This document shows, piece by piece, positions 49,681 to 62,644 of a stretch of DNA of 64,000 nt; within the stretch, counting starts at the first letter, position 1; each line of letters begins with the position of its first letter. A program made the position numbers and the translations under genes. Location: the NCBI RefSeq assembly GCF_006345805.1, contig NC_042998.1, positions 185,070,001 to 185,134,000 on the forward strand, given 5' to 3'. The notes under the pieces were generated by a model. The model was not told where the DNA came from. It ran no database searches and saw nothing but the letters and a program-made list of their open reading frames with translations. The DNA is from Octopus sinensis (lineage: Eukaryota).

Positions 49681-51617
49681 GCAGTGAAAGAAGCTGTGAG
49701 GCTTGGGAAATTTTGTAGAAACAAACTGTGCCCTGCCATGTTTAGAATCTTTGCATCGCTGTATAGCTCCTCTATCGTCGAAGTCTGCCGGGAACTTGTG
49801 ATTATGTTAAATGCTCTGTTTTGTGTTCTTTGTAGTTTAGTGTAAGAGAGATTAGAGGGATCCCCACACAGCTCTGATATACTATATGATGAATTATTTA
49901 TATGCTATAGTTTCTTTTTTTCCGTTAAATATGGAATGCGTGAGTGTCCTTAATATGTCTGCACGTCGTCTCACTTTATTTAACAATTATTCTATGAGTG
50001 TTAGTCGTAGAGATGATATATGTAATTCATAGTATATTTGTATGGTATTTTAAGTGCAATAGTTCGTAGTGTTCTATGCTTTCTGGTGTTGTAAGTCAGA
50101 AGAAAGATTATGATTCTAGTTGATGTTAGTTTATATGTTGTTCTTAAGTTATGTTTCTATGTGAATACCATAAAGACAAAGAAGTTATGTGGATATATCT
50201 AGTTAATAGTACAGAGAAAATTACTGTAACAGCACCTGCTTATGAAAATTTATGTATGCTTTCTGGACGTATGCGAAGTTCGAATAAATAGAAGTTTGGG
50301 AGAAAGTCCTCCTCCTTGATTGACCACAAAAGAACATCTTTTGTGTGAACCATATTGATGAGCCATCATTCAGTGTTATTCGCCCTTAAGAAGATCCAAG
50401 AAAGCAGTATCGTTACACATAATATCAGCAAAATATTCAACAGCATCTGGCTGCAGAATATCCTAAGATGTCCTACTGTGAACTTGATTTACTTTTTACC
50501 TCTTGTATTGAAAACCTTGGAGCGTGAGATATTTGGGATTTGTCATGTTCTGTCAACTCTAGTTTAGTAGATGTTCGGTTATGTCGGAACATAGACGAGT
50601 TTCCACACTTGTCCATCTAAACATTTCACGTCAAACATGCACTATGATAAAAAAAAAAAACTAGAAAACATATTCCAGTGGGAATATGATATTTTTGTCT
50701 TCTTCGAAAAACAATCATACTCATGAAAAAGACAGTCTTGTAACCATTCTCTCTAATCTTGAACAACACTCAGTTAAAACCCTCAAAGTTCTTACAAAAG
50801 CTCTATCTTTCACAATAACTATCTTTTCTGCTACCAAACATTCCAAAATAACTTCCTAAAAGCTAGACATTTTTGGTGGAGTGAGGAGAAAATACTTTCA
50901 CTATAATAATGTGTTGAGTTTCATGTAAGACCCACAATAGTGCATTGCTCCGGCTACTAGAGTGATGTTACTGCTACAAATACAAACATTTTAGATTTCA
51001 TCAAAACGAATACTAACCATATATATATATAAATTAATAAATAAAACATATGCATATATACATACATATATGTACGTACCTACCTCTACATGTATATATA
51101 CATGCATATATGGGTACAGGACACCAAAAATACGTCGAACACAATGAGAAACTAAAAACATAAACACAAAACCAAGGAACTGGACATTTTTCTTAAACAA
51201 CGAAAAAATAGAGTACAGGACAAATAACACAAGGAAAATTCCCCTTCTTCAGTCGCCATGGTTTCATCTACTCTGCGTTTCGAAGGTGAAGGCGATATGC
51301 ATCTTCGATAGAAACTTTCCTTTCCGAGAAAAGCAAATAAAATAAAATTTGAGATCTTTTTGCGTATATATATATTTGTCTGTACAGTTATGAAAAAAGA
51401 AACACGTACAATACTCATGTATTTTTATCAAAACAATTAAAAGTTACAACAACAGTATTATTATAGCTATGATAAATGTATAATTATGATTAATGATTCT
51501 GAAAATATCAAAATATCAAAAATGAGGTTAACTAATTTAATGCGCTAATATTTTTTATGAATTAAGTATTATAACACTGGTGTGATACTTACTGCATACC
51601 AACTTTTGCAACCCTCT

Positions 51618-51703
<86 letters not shown>

Positions 51704-51870
51704 CATACATTATGTATGTATGAATGAATATGCACATTTGTACATACATATATATGTGCATAGATACATATATACTGACAAGCATGCATATATATGTTTG
51801 CATCCGTATGTATGTATATATATATATATACACACACACACGTACATGTACACACACACATATATATATG

Positions 51871-51903
<33 letters not shown>

Positions 51904-52146
51904 ATGTATATGTTAGTGCGTATTTTTGTATGCATGTATGCATTTCTTTCTCTATAGATTCAAATAAAGTATATATGACCTTACATTTAAACGTAAACAG
52001 CCGTCGCTAAATTTTATTTCAAGCTATCCCTTCACACTTTCATTCATACCATTGTCCCCTATTGTGGCGATCATCCTACGTTGATGGAACCATTGGAGGA
52101 CATACACCACGAAAACAACATACATACACACATGCACTCATATATA

Positions 52147-52196
<50 letters not shown>

Positions 52197-52407
52197 ACGT
52201 ACAACCTTATTTTCAGACACCGTTCAGTTAAGTTGAATGTAAAATAATGAAATAAAGGGAAACGTTCCCCTGACGTTCATATAAGACTACGTAGACTAAT
52301 TAAAATTAACAAAGGTGTTTCATAACAGTAAAAAGGAAGAAAAAAAAACAAAAAAAAACAGCACAATACGCAACAACAATAACAAAACAACAAGAACAAC
52401 AACATAT

Positions 52408-52438
52408 TAATGATGATGATGATGATGATGATGATGAA

Positions 52439-52484
<46 letters not shown>

Positions 52485-52800
52485 GTGGTGATGATGATGA
52501 TGAAGATGATGAAGATGATGATGATGATGATTATGATGACGACGACGATGATGATGATGATGATGGTGATGGTGATGATGATGATGAAGATGATGATGAC
52601 GATGACGATAACGATGACGATGATGATGATGATGAAGGTGATGGTGATGATGAGGATGAGGATGATGGTGGTGATGATGATGGTGGTGATGATGTCTATG
52701 ACGATGATGATGATGATGATGAAGATGATGGTGCTGATTATGATGATGATGATGATGATGAAGATGATGATGATGGTGAGGAGGAGGGGGAGGAGGATAG
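52408..52800. repeat. (GAT)n degenerate trinucleotide tract
   Basis: Direct reading. Source of the poly-Met and poly-Ile ORFs. Confidence 0.95.
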
Positions 52801-53691
52801 TAATAATAATACCGATAAGAATTTTTATTGCCTCAAGGACGATATAGGAGGTGACATTACCAGAACACATAACAAAAAAAATAGTGGAGTTTTTGTATAT
52901 TTAGTTTTATTTTGTATATTCTATTAATTTATTTCACAGCGCGAGTTACGAAAAAGATAATAATAATAAGCATTGAAGACAACAAAGACAAATATAGCAA
53001 ATAAAACTACAAATAATAAAAAAAAATTTAAATCATAGAACGAAAAGTAAGAAATGAAACGAAAAAGAATTAAAAGAGGTGGATTAAAAAGGAAGTAAGA
53101 GGAAGTAATAGAAGGGATATCGCCGAAGTCTTCAGAGAATTGGAAGGGTCACTAATGGAAGAGAAGTTTACGTTTCAAAAAAATATTTATTTGCTTTCTG
53201 AGTGTTTACAACGTATCGCGATGTTTGTTTACTAATAATTGTGTATGTAGAGAGAAGTGCAAGCAGAATTTGATGGGTGATTCCCGATGAAAGAAGAAAG
53301 GAATTGGCTGAGACAAAACAGAATAAAAAATACATTGGGACGAAGATTAAAGAGTTCATGTGTGAACAAACATTGGAGAAAAAAACATTTTTTTTTTTTA
53401 CAAAAGAATAAAAAAAAAAGAAAACTAAAAAACAAATACAGAATAATCTGTGAAAAAAGTCTAAAAATTCAACGCACTCACATATTAACACTCGCACATG
53501 CACACACAAACATACACACACAGATGCACGCACACACACACATGTATACGTATATATATTATGTATATTATAACTATGTTTATTATATATATATGCGTAT
53601 ATATTTATGCATTCATATTGAGTGTATATATATATATATTGCACACAGGCGCACGTACTTTGTTTATCAATCTCTCTCTCTCCTCACTATA

Positions 53692-53738
<47 letters not shown>

Positions 53739-53773
53739 CTATATATATATATAATATATATATACTTATATAG

Positions 53774-53805
<32 letters not shown>

Positions 53806-53882
53806 ATATATATATACATATATAAGCATAAGCATCTTATATATATATATGTAAGCATAGATAGATAGATAGATAGATAGAT

Positions 53883-53917
<35 letters not shown>

Positions 53918-54673
53918 TAGATATATACATAACTATGTGTGTATACATACACATGTATACACACACAAAATACCTTATAAAATGTTTTTTTTAAATTCAT
54001 ACATATACAATACATACATATGTATGTATGTATGTTATATGTATGCATGCATGCATGCTTGTATGTGTATGTATGTATGTATGAATGTATGTATGTATGT
54101 ATGTATGTATGTATGTATGTATGTATTATGAATGCATGCATGCTTGCATGTATGAACGCATGCATACTTGTATGTATGTGTTGTGCATGCGTATAGGCAA
54201 ACATACATAGAAAATCATATGTACAGATAGATACATGGTTACATACTCATACATACAGAGATAGCCACAGAGATGCATAGATGCAAAACACAGACACAGA
54301 CACACACACAAACTGAACCTACTACACTACACACCACAGACAATGATACAGACACCTACACGGATAGACAATAAAATACACTTCAGCCCATGCAGGGCGT
54401 GTAATACCACGACACCAATAAAGTTTGTTTCTCTGAATTCTTTGTATTTTTGTGAAAACCCCGCCAAAAAAAAAATAAATAATAAATAAATAATAGTAAT
54501 AACGGCGAGGAAAGAAAACAGAGGCAAAATAAAACAATATTTCACTTATCCTAATGTTTGCCTTGATATAAACATATTAACATCATTAAACCTGCGCAGT
54601 TCAAATATTTATCTTGTAACTGATTATTTTAATGGACGTTTGTTGTATGCATATACGAGTTTGCATGTGGATA

Positions 54674-54726
<53 letters not shown>

Positions 54727-54847
54727 TTGGATCTATATTAGTATATATGTGTATATATTTATATATATATATATTCATATACCTATATACACCTGTTTAT
54801 CAATGAATATATATATATATGTATGATGTACGAATATATGTGTGTGT

Positions 54848-54880
<33 letters not shown>

Positions 54881-55280
54881 CATACATAGTGTGTGTGTAT
54901 GTGTATACAAACAAATTAACGTACCATATATATACGTAAACATACAAATATATTCACATATACTATATATTCATATATGTACACACATATAGACACAGCT
55001 ATAAAAATGCATATTTATATATACATTCGATACATGCATGTATGCATACGTACATATATGCATACATGCATATATCTATACATACATACATACATACATA
55101 CATACATACATACATACATACATACATGTCTGAAGTTAAATATACTCCAGAATTAACTCAAGTACTTCTGTTCAGTTTAAAGTTGGCGATTATGCTTCGA
55201 GACCCCAATGAAACTTCAGAAGCATTTCCATCTTCGAAAATTGTGTGTTTGTGCAATGCGCCCAGAACCGAAAATGCACC

Positions 55281-55625
55281 CATCATAGTGACGTGTCTTG
55301 CCCAGCATAGCAGTATCATCTGCAGAGGTGCTTCGGTGCTGGTGACCTTCGACTGCTCTAGGACCTCGACGTTAGTGACAAAGTCCCTCCAATGGATGCT
55401 GTGGTGGATACGAAGACAACGGCGATGGAAAAAGGTGATGCCAATAGATGACCCACGATTTTGAGCCGTACAAGAGGGTGGTCAGAACGACGGCTCTATA
55501 TTCACTGATTTGTTCCCTTTCTTCACCTTTGTTGACCTGAACAAAGGATTCGGCATCTGTAAGCAGAAATGGTCTACGGCAAATCTTGGAGTGTCTTAGA
55601 CGTCCCCACAAATTCTTCAACATGA
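55281..55625. mobile_element. RTE-BovB-like LINE fragments in opposite orientations
   Basis: Minus 55281-55510: YRAVVLTTLLYGSKSWV..FHRRCLR..IHWRDFVTNVEVLEQ. Plus 55520-55623: FVDLNK..VSRNGLRQILECLRRPHKFFNM. Confidence 0.75.
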
Positions 55626-56121
55626 ACAATTTGTGGGGACTTGTCTGTGTATATATTCATTCCATTATGCATACCTTGTATTCCAAGATAAAGCCCTCTG
55701 ATTTTACTTCTTTTCTTTTTGCAGATATTTATACTGAAATACGTTAAAATGCGTGACCTTTCCTCCAAAGAGGACAAATTATTGGTGTATTATTGAATTA
55801 TTTAATGTTTCGTCAGGTATTTTTCTTAAATTCAAGTTAGCATTCCAAAACCAAGGTAAACCAGTTCTGGTAGGCATCATTCTGGAAGGAAGGCAAAGCT
55901 CGCTGCAGGAACCTAAGATTGGTGAAATATATTGTGACCGAAAATCATCGGACTTCGGCAACAAAGGCAACAGTAGAGATAAACCACAACCTTGACAACC
56001 TTGTGTCAACAGAGCCCGCTCGTTGTGAGCTCAATATAGTTGGATACCATGGGAGAACTACAATTACTGAACCACCCTTGTCCACCAACAACATTGATAA
56101 GCGCAGAAATTGTGCCTAGAC

Positions 56122-56301
56122 CAGGGGTCTCCAAAGTAGTTGATATCGACCCCTAGAGGTTGATGTAACTATTCAAGGGGTCGATAAATGCACATCTACT
56201 TAATTATTATTATCTATTTATTTTCTTGTACATGCCTAGGAGTAGATGAGGGGGTCAAGGATTCCATGAAGGGATCGATGGTCTAAAAAGGGGGACCCCT
56301 G
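56122..56301. mobile_element. hAT (Charlie-like) MITE
   Basis: TIRs CAGGGGTC / GACCCCTG; perfect 8-bp TSD GCCTAGAC at 56114-56121 and 56302-56309. Confidence 0.9.
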
Positions 56302-56327
56302 GCCTAGACAATCAGAAGTGAATAATA

Positions 56328-57549
56328 TTAGGTTGTCCCAAAAGTTCGTAAACACTTGCGAAAATTGAATTTTTACTCGCCAAGTACTAACAAAAACAAC
56401 AAAAATTATTCCTCAAAATAAAGACCATTATTTTCCAAGACTTTCTGCCATCGATCTGCAAGCTGTCGAATCAGGTCAAAGTACCATTCAGCCGGCTTCG
56501 AATCAAAGAATATATGACACGCTTCCTCGACTTCATTAAACGAGTCGAATCGGCGGCCCTTAAGAAAGTGTTGCATTGAGCGGAAAAGGCCGTAATCTGA
56601 TGGAGCACAGTCAGGATTGTAGACTGGATGTGGTAGAACCTCAACGCCGGCCATCTCTTCAAACTTGTCTTTTGTCTTCCTGGCGGTGTGTGGCTTGGCA
56701 TTGTCCTGCTGCATCAAAGCGCGCTTTCGGTTGATCAGAGCCGGGTACTTTTGCTTCAACATTTCGTAGACCCGCTCCAGTTGCTGACAGTAAAGTTCGG
56801 CACTGATGGCACGACCACTCGGAACCAACTCAAAATGCACGATTCCTTCAAAGTTCCACCAAACGCACAACATGACTTTCTTGCCGAATCGATCTTGTTT
56901 TGGAACCGACGGTGTCTCTTGCCCTTTCTGAACCCATCGCTTGTCTCGATTGTGCTGGACCAGATAGACCCATTTCTCGTCCGAAGTCATAATGCGCTTC
57001 CAAAACCAGTCGTCCAATGGATTGCTGAGCAATTGACGGCAAATTTCAACTCGTCTGTTGGTTTGTGCTTCGGTGAGTTCGTGTGGATCTTGGCGCGGCT
57101 TTTTGTGAACAAAATCAAGTTGCCTCAAGTGTCGGTGAATTGTTGATTTGCCAACTCCAAGCTCATCAGCCAATTCTCGAGTACTCGATGAAGGCGCAAT
57201 GTTCAACCCGGTTTGTAAGTCTCCATCATCTAACTTTAACGGCCGTCCCGAACGAGGCTTATCTTCAAGAGTCATGTCGCCAGAATCGAAACGCTTGTAC
57301 CACTTTGAGATCGCCGCATATGCAATTGTTCCTTCACCTTCGGCAGCACAAATCTCTTCTGCAGCTTTTCTGGTTGAAAGACCTCGCTTCCAGCAGTAAC
57401 GAATCAAAACTCGCAGCTCAATTTTATTCATGGGCATCTGGAATATAAAGATGAAGGTAACTATAACAATATAAACCCAAACAAACAATTAAAAATTGCA
57501 TAAAAATTCAAATTTTCGCAAGTGTTTACGAACTTTTGGGACAACCTTA
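56328..57549 (-). mobile_element. Full-length mariner transposon
   Basis: ~39-bp TIRs (TTAGGTTGTCCCAAAAGTTCGTAAACACTTGCGAAAATT; one mismatch near the tip); TA on both sides; 1222 bp. Confidence 0.95.
56406..57437 (-). CDS. Intact mariner transposase, 343 aa from MPMNKIEL
   Basis: HTH region, PRSGRP, TSDEKW, QQDNAKPH and YNPDCAPSDY; no stops. The track ORF adds 17 upstream residues that are probably not translated. Confidence 0.93.
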   Translation of the reverse strand: MPMNKIELRVLIRYCWKRGLSTRKAAEEICAAEGEGTIAYAAISKWYKRFDSGDMTLEDKPRSGRPLKLDDGDLQTGLNIAPSSSTRELADELGVGKSTIHRHLRQLDFVHKKPRQDPHELTEAQTNRRVEICRQLLSNPLDDWFWKRIMTSDEKWVYLVQHNRDKRWVQKGQETPSVPKQDRFGKKVMLCVWWNFEGIVHFELVPSGRAISAELYCQQLERVYEMLKQKYPALINRKRALMQQDNAKPHTARKTKDKFEEMAGVEVLPHPVYNPDCAPSDYGLFRSMQHFLKGRRFDSFNEVEEACHIFFDSKPAEWYFDLIRQLADRWQKVLENNGLYFEE

Positions 57550-58160
57550 TAGCTCAATGGAACAGTGTCACCTTCTCTGATGAATTACCATGCATTCTTT
57601 TTCCCCACTTCGAGACGAAGTTTTGTTTGGAGACAGCCAAAAACATATTCAACTCTGACTGTTAGGCCCTACTAAGAAGCATGAAGCTGGTTCTATGGTA
57701 ATTTGAATAGCTGTATCGCTGGGTTTTTTTTTTAGTTGTTTTACATAGCATGGTTAACGCCACGGGTTATATGAGTATTTAGGCTGGTGGTATCCATCCT
57801 ATGGTACTAACATTTTTCCTTGATGGTAGCACAACCTTCCAGGACTGATGTAATTCAAAATCGGTACGTAAAGAACAAAAGTGAAACAAACTACTCGGAT
57901 TAGCTCTCAAAATCATGAGATTTTGAGAACTATACATACGGAGACGAGGGTCAATTCGTATAAATAAGAAAATGAACAAAATATGATCATTGTACAATGG
58001 TCATATTATCGGGGAATTTTTATGTTCGATTTAATTTTTCTTTTTTTTTATTTACGTATCACCGTTATACTATTTATACTCCGGCGAAATTAAGAAATCA
58101 AGTCGTAAATAAACGAAACTTTCGAATCCATTACTGTACACACACACACACACACACACA

Positions 58161-58225
<65 letters not shown>

Positions 58226-58319
58226 ACACACACACACACACACACACATACACAGAGTCGCATATGTATTATGTATGTATGTATGTATGTATGTATATAC
58301 TTACACGTGTCTACGCGCA

Positions 58320-58600
58320 TCGGTAGATCATGATCTATACACACGCAGACGAGAGGCGATTCATATGAAAAATAATATGATCACTTTTTTATCGGGAAAT
58401 TTGTAAGTTCGATTTTTAAAAAATTTCTTTATTTTTAAAGATAATCATACCAAATTTTCATCATCTTGAGCCACTCAGCCAATGAGTATTTCTACCATAT
58501 TTTGTGAAAATCCGTTCAGCCCTTTTCCAGTAATTTTGCAAACACACAAAGACGAGTGATTACAATACCCTGCCTTTGCTAACACGCGCAAGGTAAAGTA
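58320..58600 (+). mobile_element. Unclassified interspersed-repeat-like segment (possibly HINE/DINE-like)
   Basis: TACCAAATTTTCATC..GAAAATCCGTTCAG..GATTACAATACC..GCAAGGTAA wording is typical of such repeats. Not confirmed within the window. Confidence 0.3.
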
Positions 58601-58623
58601 GGTAGTTTAAGAATAACAATGAA

Positions 58624-58843
58624 GACTTACTGATGGCGTGACTAGGTACCGAGAATAGAGTTTAATATTTTAAAAATTTGAGTTGCTCAGAACTTACTGA
58701 TGGCGTGACTAGGTACCGAGAGTAGAGTTAAATATTTTTAAAAATTTGAGTTGCTCAGAACTTACTGATGGCGTGACTAGGTACCGAGAATAGAGTTAAA
58801 TATTAAAAAAAATTTTTTTTTTTATTTGAGTTGATTAGAACTT
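58624..58843. repeat. Three tandem copies of a 67-80-bp unit
   Basis: CTTACTGATGGCGTGACTAGGTACCGAGA at 58626, 58693 and 58761. Confidence 0.95.
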
Positions 58844-59318
58844 CTTATTCAAATATATACATTTACTATTACCTGCATAATTATTTCCATTCTCATTTTA
58901 TTTTTATTTGAAACAATTGACTTTGCTTTTATTAACAAAATATTTTTACAGGAAGAAAAGAAAGAAAATCATTAAAAGTACCGAGAAAAAAGAACCAACC
59001 CATAACTACTTCACCAAGGAAACAAAGAAAAAAAGAACAGATACAACTGCACAGTTATCATACTTTTTACCCCAACAAAATCGGGGGCAAGCAGGCTTCT
59101 TTGGTTTCTGTCTCCTGCCAAAGATAGAAATCGTGACTGTATCTTTCTTAAATGACGCATAACTGTCCAAGTGCAGAATACATTGGATAAAATATTCTCC
59201 GAATAGTATTTGAATTAAAGACTGGATGATCATGGCTGGAACGCCTTTACCTGATTATAGTTGACTTAAGACTAATTAACAACAACACACTCAATGCCAC
59301 CACCACCACCATCACTAC

Positions 59319-59350
<32 letters not shown>

Positions 59351-59699
59351 TTGTTACTAACATAACGACTGCATCAACATAACTAGCATTACAGATACCA
59401 CCACCAGCATCACTAACACCACCATCGACACCATCCTCAGTAACACTAACGCCTCCACCCTCATCCACCCCCAGTATTACCACTCTCGTCACCTGCAGCA
59501 CGACCACGGCCATTCCCATCATCACCACCACCACTACTACCACCATCATCAGCAGTGTCTTCATCTCCAGCATCAACGTCACAAACCTCCTCCCCACCCC
59601 ACACTGGTACCTCCACTATCACCTCAACAGCCATAGCGATTGCCACCAGTACCACTGCAACTGTATGTCTACAACCCTTTGCTTCTAGAATCTAAGTTG

Positions 59700-60015
59700 C
59701 CATCATTACCACCACCACCACCACCACCATCAGTATTATCATTACCACCACTACCACCACCACCATCAGTATTATCATTACCACCACCACCACCACCACC
59801 ATCAGTATTATCATTACCACCACTACCACCACCACCACCACCATCAGTATTATCATTACCACCACCACCACCACCACCATCAGTATTATCATTACCACCA
59901 CCACCACCACCACCATCAGTATTATCATTACCACCACCACCACCACCACCATCAGTATTATCATTACCACCACCACCACCACCACCATCAGTATTATCAT
60001 TACCACCACTACCAC
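59700..60015. repeat. ~30-bp minisatellite (ACC)n-ATCAGTATTATCATT, about 9 copies
   Basis: Direct reading; lies within CAC/CAT low complexity at 59290-60105. Confidence 0.92.
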
Positions 60016-60107
60016 TTAACTACTAACCCTATTACCGTCAGCAGCACCACCATTCCAACCAACACAATCACTACCATGAATTCTTTTATTATTACCACCA
60101 CTACCAT

Positions 60108-60264
60108 AGGCGCAGGAGTGGTTGTGTGGTAAGTAGCTTGCTAACTAGCCACATAGTTCCGGTTTCACTGCATGGCACCTTGGGCAAGTGTCTTCTACAA
60201 TAGCCTTGGGCCGACCAAAGCCTTGTGAGTGGATTTGGTAGACGGAAACTGAAAGAAGCCCGTC

Positions 60265-60336
<72 letters not shown>

Positions 60337-60432
60337 CGGCATTTCCACCGTCCTTACGTTCTGAGTTAAAATTCTGCAGAAGTTAACTTTGCTTTTCATC
60401 TTTTCGGATGCGATAAATTAAGTACTAGTGAA

Positions 60433-60494
<62 letters not shown>

Positions 60495-60735
60495 ATTGTT
60501 TGTGTGTACGTATGTGTATGTGTGTACGTATGCGTGTGTGTGTGTCCCAACATCGCTTGATATCGATGCTGGTGTATTTACGTCCCCGTAACTTAGCGGT
60601 TCGGCATAAGAGCCGATAGAATAAATACTAGGCTTACAAAGGAGAAGTCCTGGAGGTCGATTTGATCGACTAAAGGCGGTACTCCAGCATGGCCGCAGTC
60701 AAATGACTGAAACAAATAAAAGAATAAAAGAAAAA
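60108..60735 (+). mobile_element. SINE-B with a SINE-A fragment nested in its internal microsatellite
   Basis: B 5' half 60108-60266; (AT)n; A fragment ~60335-60428; (GT)n; B 3' half ~60545-60735. Confidence 0.8.
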
Positions 60736-61561
60736 AGACTACCAATCAACAACACCACTCGCCACTAATACGTCATTCACCACCACCACCACCATCTTAA
60801 CCTCTGCTGTCACCACTAACATTAGTATTATTACTGCTGCCACTAACATGAACGCCACTACTACCACCATTACAAAAAACACCACCAACACCATAACTGC
60901 TGCTAACTTCATCCCTACTACCACTACCACCAACAGCACCAGTACCATCTGCACCATCGCTACCGTCAACATGGCCACCACCACCGCTAAATGCAACACC
61001 CACCACCACTGCAACCGTGCATCTAAATCTTTTCCACTGTGAGAATCTCAACCACCACCATCGCCGCTGCTACCAATATAACCACCACCTTCTCCACTAC
61101 CATCAATGATACCATTCATCATTTTCACCATCACCAAAACCATCGCCTCCACTACGATTAAACGGAACCTGGTTACCCAGGAGAGCGCCAAAAAAACATG
61201 GGTCATTAAAATCCCTATAAAACCTAATCAAGCGTTTAGTTGTTGCCAAATGTGACAAGATAACTCAAATTTTAGCGAGAAAAAGTTGGAAGAGAGAAAA
61301 AGAAAAACAAAAGTATTATTAAAAAATATACAACACAAAAAATTAAAACTCCTCTGACCCTCTCCTCCCTTTTCCCACCCGAAAAAATTTATCACTAAAT
61401 ATTATTTTTATTCATTGAAAGTTTCAACTATATAAATGTCGTTTTGGGTTTGTATTTAATAGTATTGTATTTCGTTTTAATGTTCGATTTTGTCAATATG
61501 TCAGTTTGCGTTGATTTTTGTTGTCGTTATTGTTGTCAGTTGTTTTTATTGGTGTTGCTGA

Positions 61562-61598
<37 letters not shown>

Positions 61599-61924
61599 GC
61601 TGATGATAATACTTTAGTTGGTGTTGCTGTTGCTACAGTTGTCGCCATTGCTGTTACTGCTTTTCCTATACTAAAAGAGCTCCGCAAAACATAGATACGT
61701 ACCTGAAATACTGTTTCAAGTTTGGTCACAAAGTTAGAAAATTTGGCAGAGTGGCGTAGTTGATTAAATCGATCCAGTACTTGACTGGTACCTTATTGCA
61801 TCGCCCTCGAAGGGATTCTTGGAAAAATAGACCGCAGTAGTATTTGAAGATCAGAACAAATTCTCTGACGCTCTAACACTTCTGCTAATCAATCGCCAAC
61901 GCATACATAAAATGTCGGTTTCAA

Positions 61925-62473
61925 TTTTTGGCACAAGGCCGGCAAGTTCAGGGGAGGGACTAAGCTCATTTAATCGACCCCCAGTGCTGCTCAACTGATG
62001 AAAAGCAAGGTTGACCGCGGCTTAATTTGAACTCGGAACGTAAGGACGGACGAAATACCTATTTCTTTACTACCCATAAGGGGCTAAACACAGAAGAGAC
62101 GAACAAGGACAGACAAACGGATTAAGTCGATTATATCGACCTCAGTGCATAACTGGTACTTATTTAATCGACCCCGAAAGGATGAAAGGCAAAGTTGACC
62201 TCGGCGGAATTTGAACTCAGAACGTAGCGGCAGACGAAATACCTATTTCTTTACCACCCGTAAGGGGCTAAACACAGAAGGGACGAACAAGGACAGACAA
62301 ACGGATTAAGTCGATTATATCGACCTCAGTGCGTAACTGGTACTTATTTAATCGACCCCGAAAGGATAAAAGGCAAAGTCGACCTCGGCGGAATTTGAAC
62401 TCAGAACGTAGCGGCAGACGAAATACCACTAAGCATTTTTCCCGACGTGCTAACGATTCTGTCAGCTCGCTAC
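61925..62473 (-). mobile_element. SINE family A trimer
   Basis: GAAATACC at 62052, 62236 and 62420, giving a period of 184 bp. Confidence 0.9.
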
Positions 62474-62644
62474 CCTCCGCATACACGAAACATTAGCTTC
62501 TTTTAGACAAGTCACGTGACCAATTTTGAACAAAGAGTTACTAGTATTCGTTGTATTAAAAAGGCAATTGCCTCTGATGTCACTGGAACTCAGAAAGTAA
62601 AAAGATGAAACAAAACGTGGCAAGACGGTAAATATTATTTCCTT

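Larger units (their letters stand above)
55749..57860 (+). pseudogene. Ancient Tc1-like transposase pseudogene split by two later insertions
   Basis: MRDLSS..RGQIIG; SGRKAKL; IVTENHRTSA..VSTEPARCEL..GYHGR; after the inserts QWNSVTFSDE, VWRQPK, KHEAGSMVI, IHPMV..F.DGSTTFQD. Confidence 0.75.

Noticed and set aside
51235-51325. Minus-strand CTGAAGA and CGAAACG as a hammerhead
   Set aside because: The motifs are in the wrong order for one ribozyme, and the alternative core CTATCGA with U16.1 lost is too degenerate.
52277-52870. Poly-Ile/poly-Met ORFs
   Set aside because: (GAT)n tract.
56406-57488. SETMAR/Metnase host gene
   Set aside because: No SET domain; bounded by TIRs and TA, so it is a free transposon.
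58624-58843. CRISPR-like array
   Set aside because: The would-be spacers are also homologous, the context is eukaryotic, and no cas genes are present.
59640-60026. Proline-rich formin/extensin-like ORF
   Set aside because: Product of the ~30-bp minisatellite; no splice or domain context.
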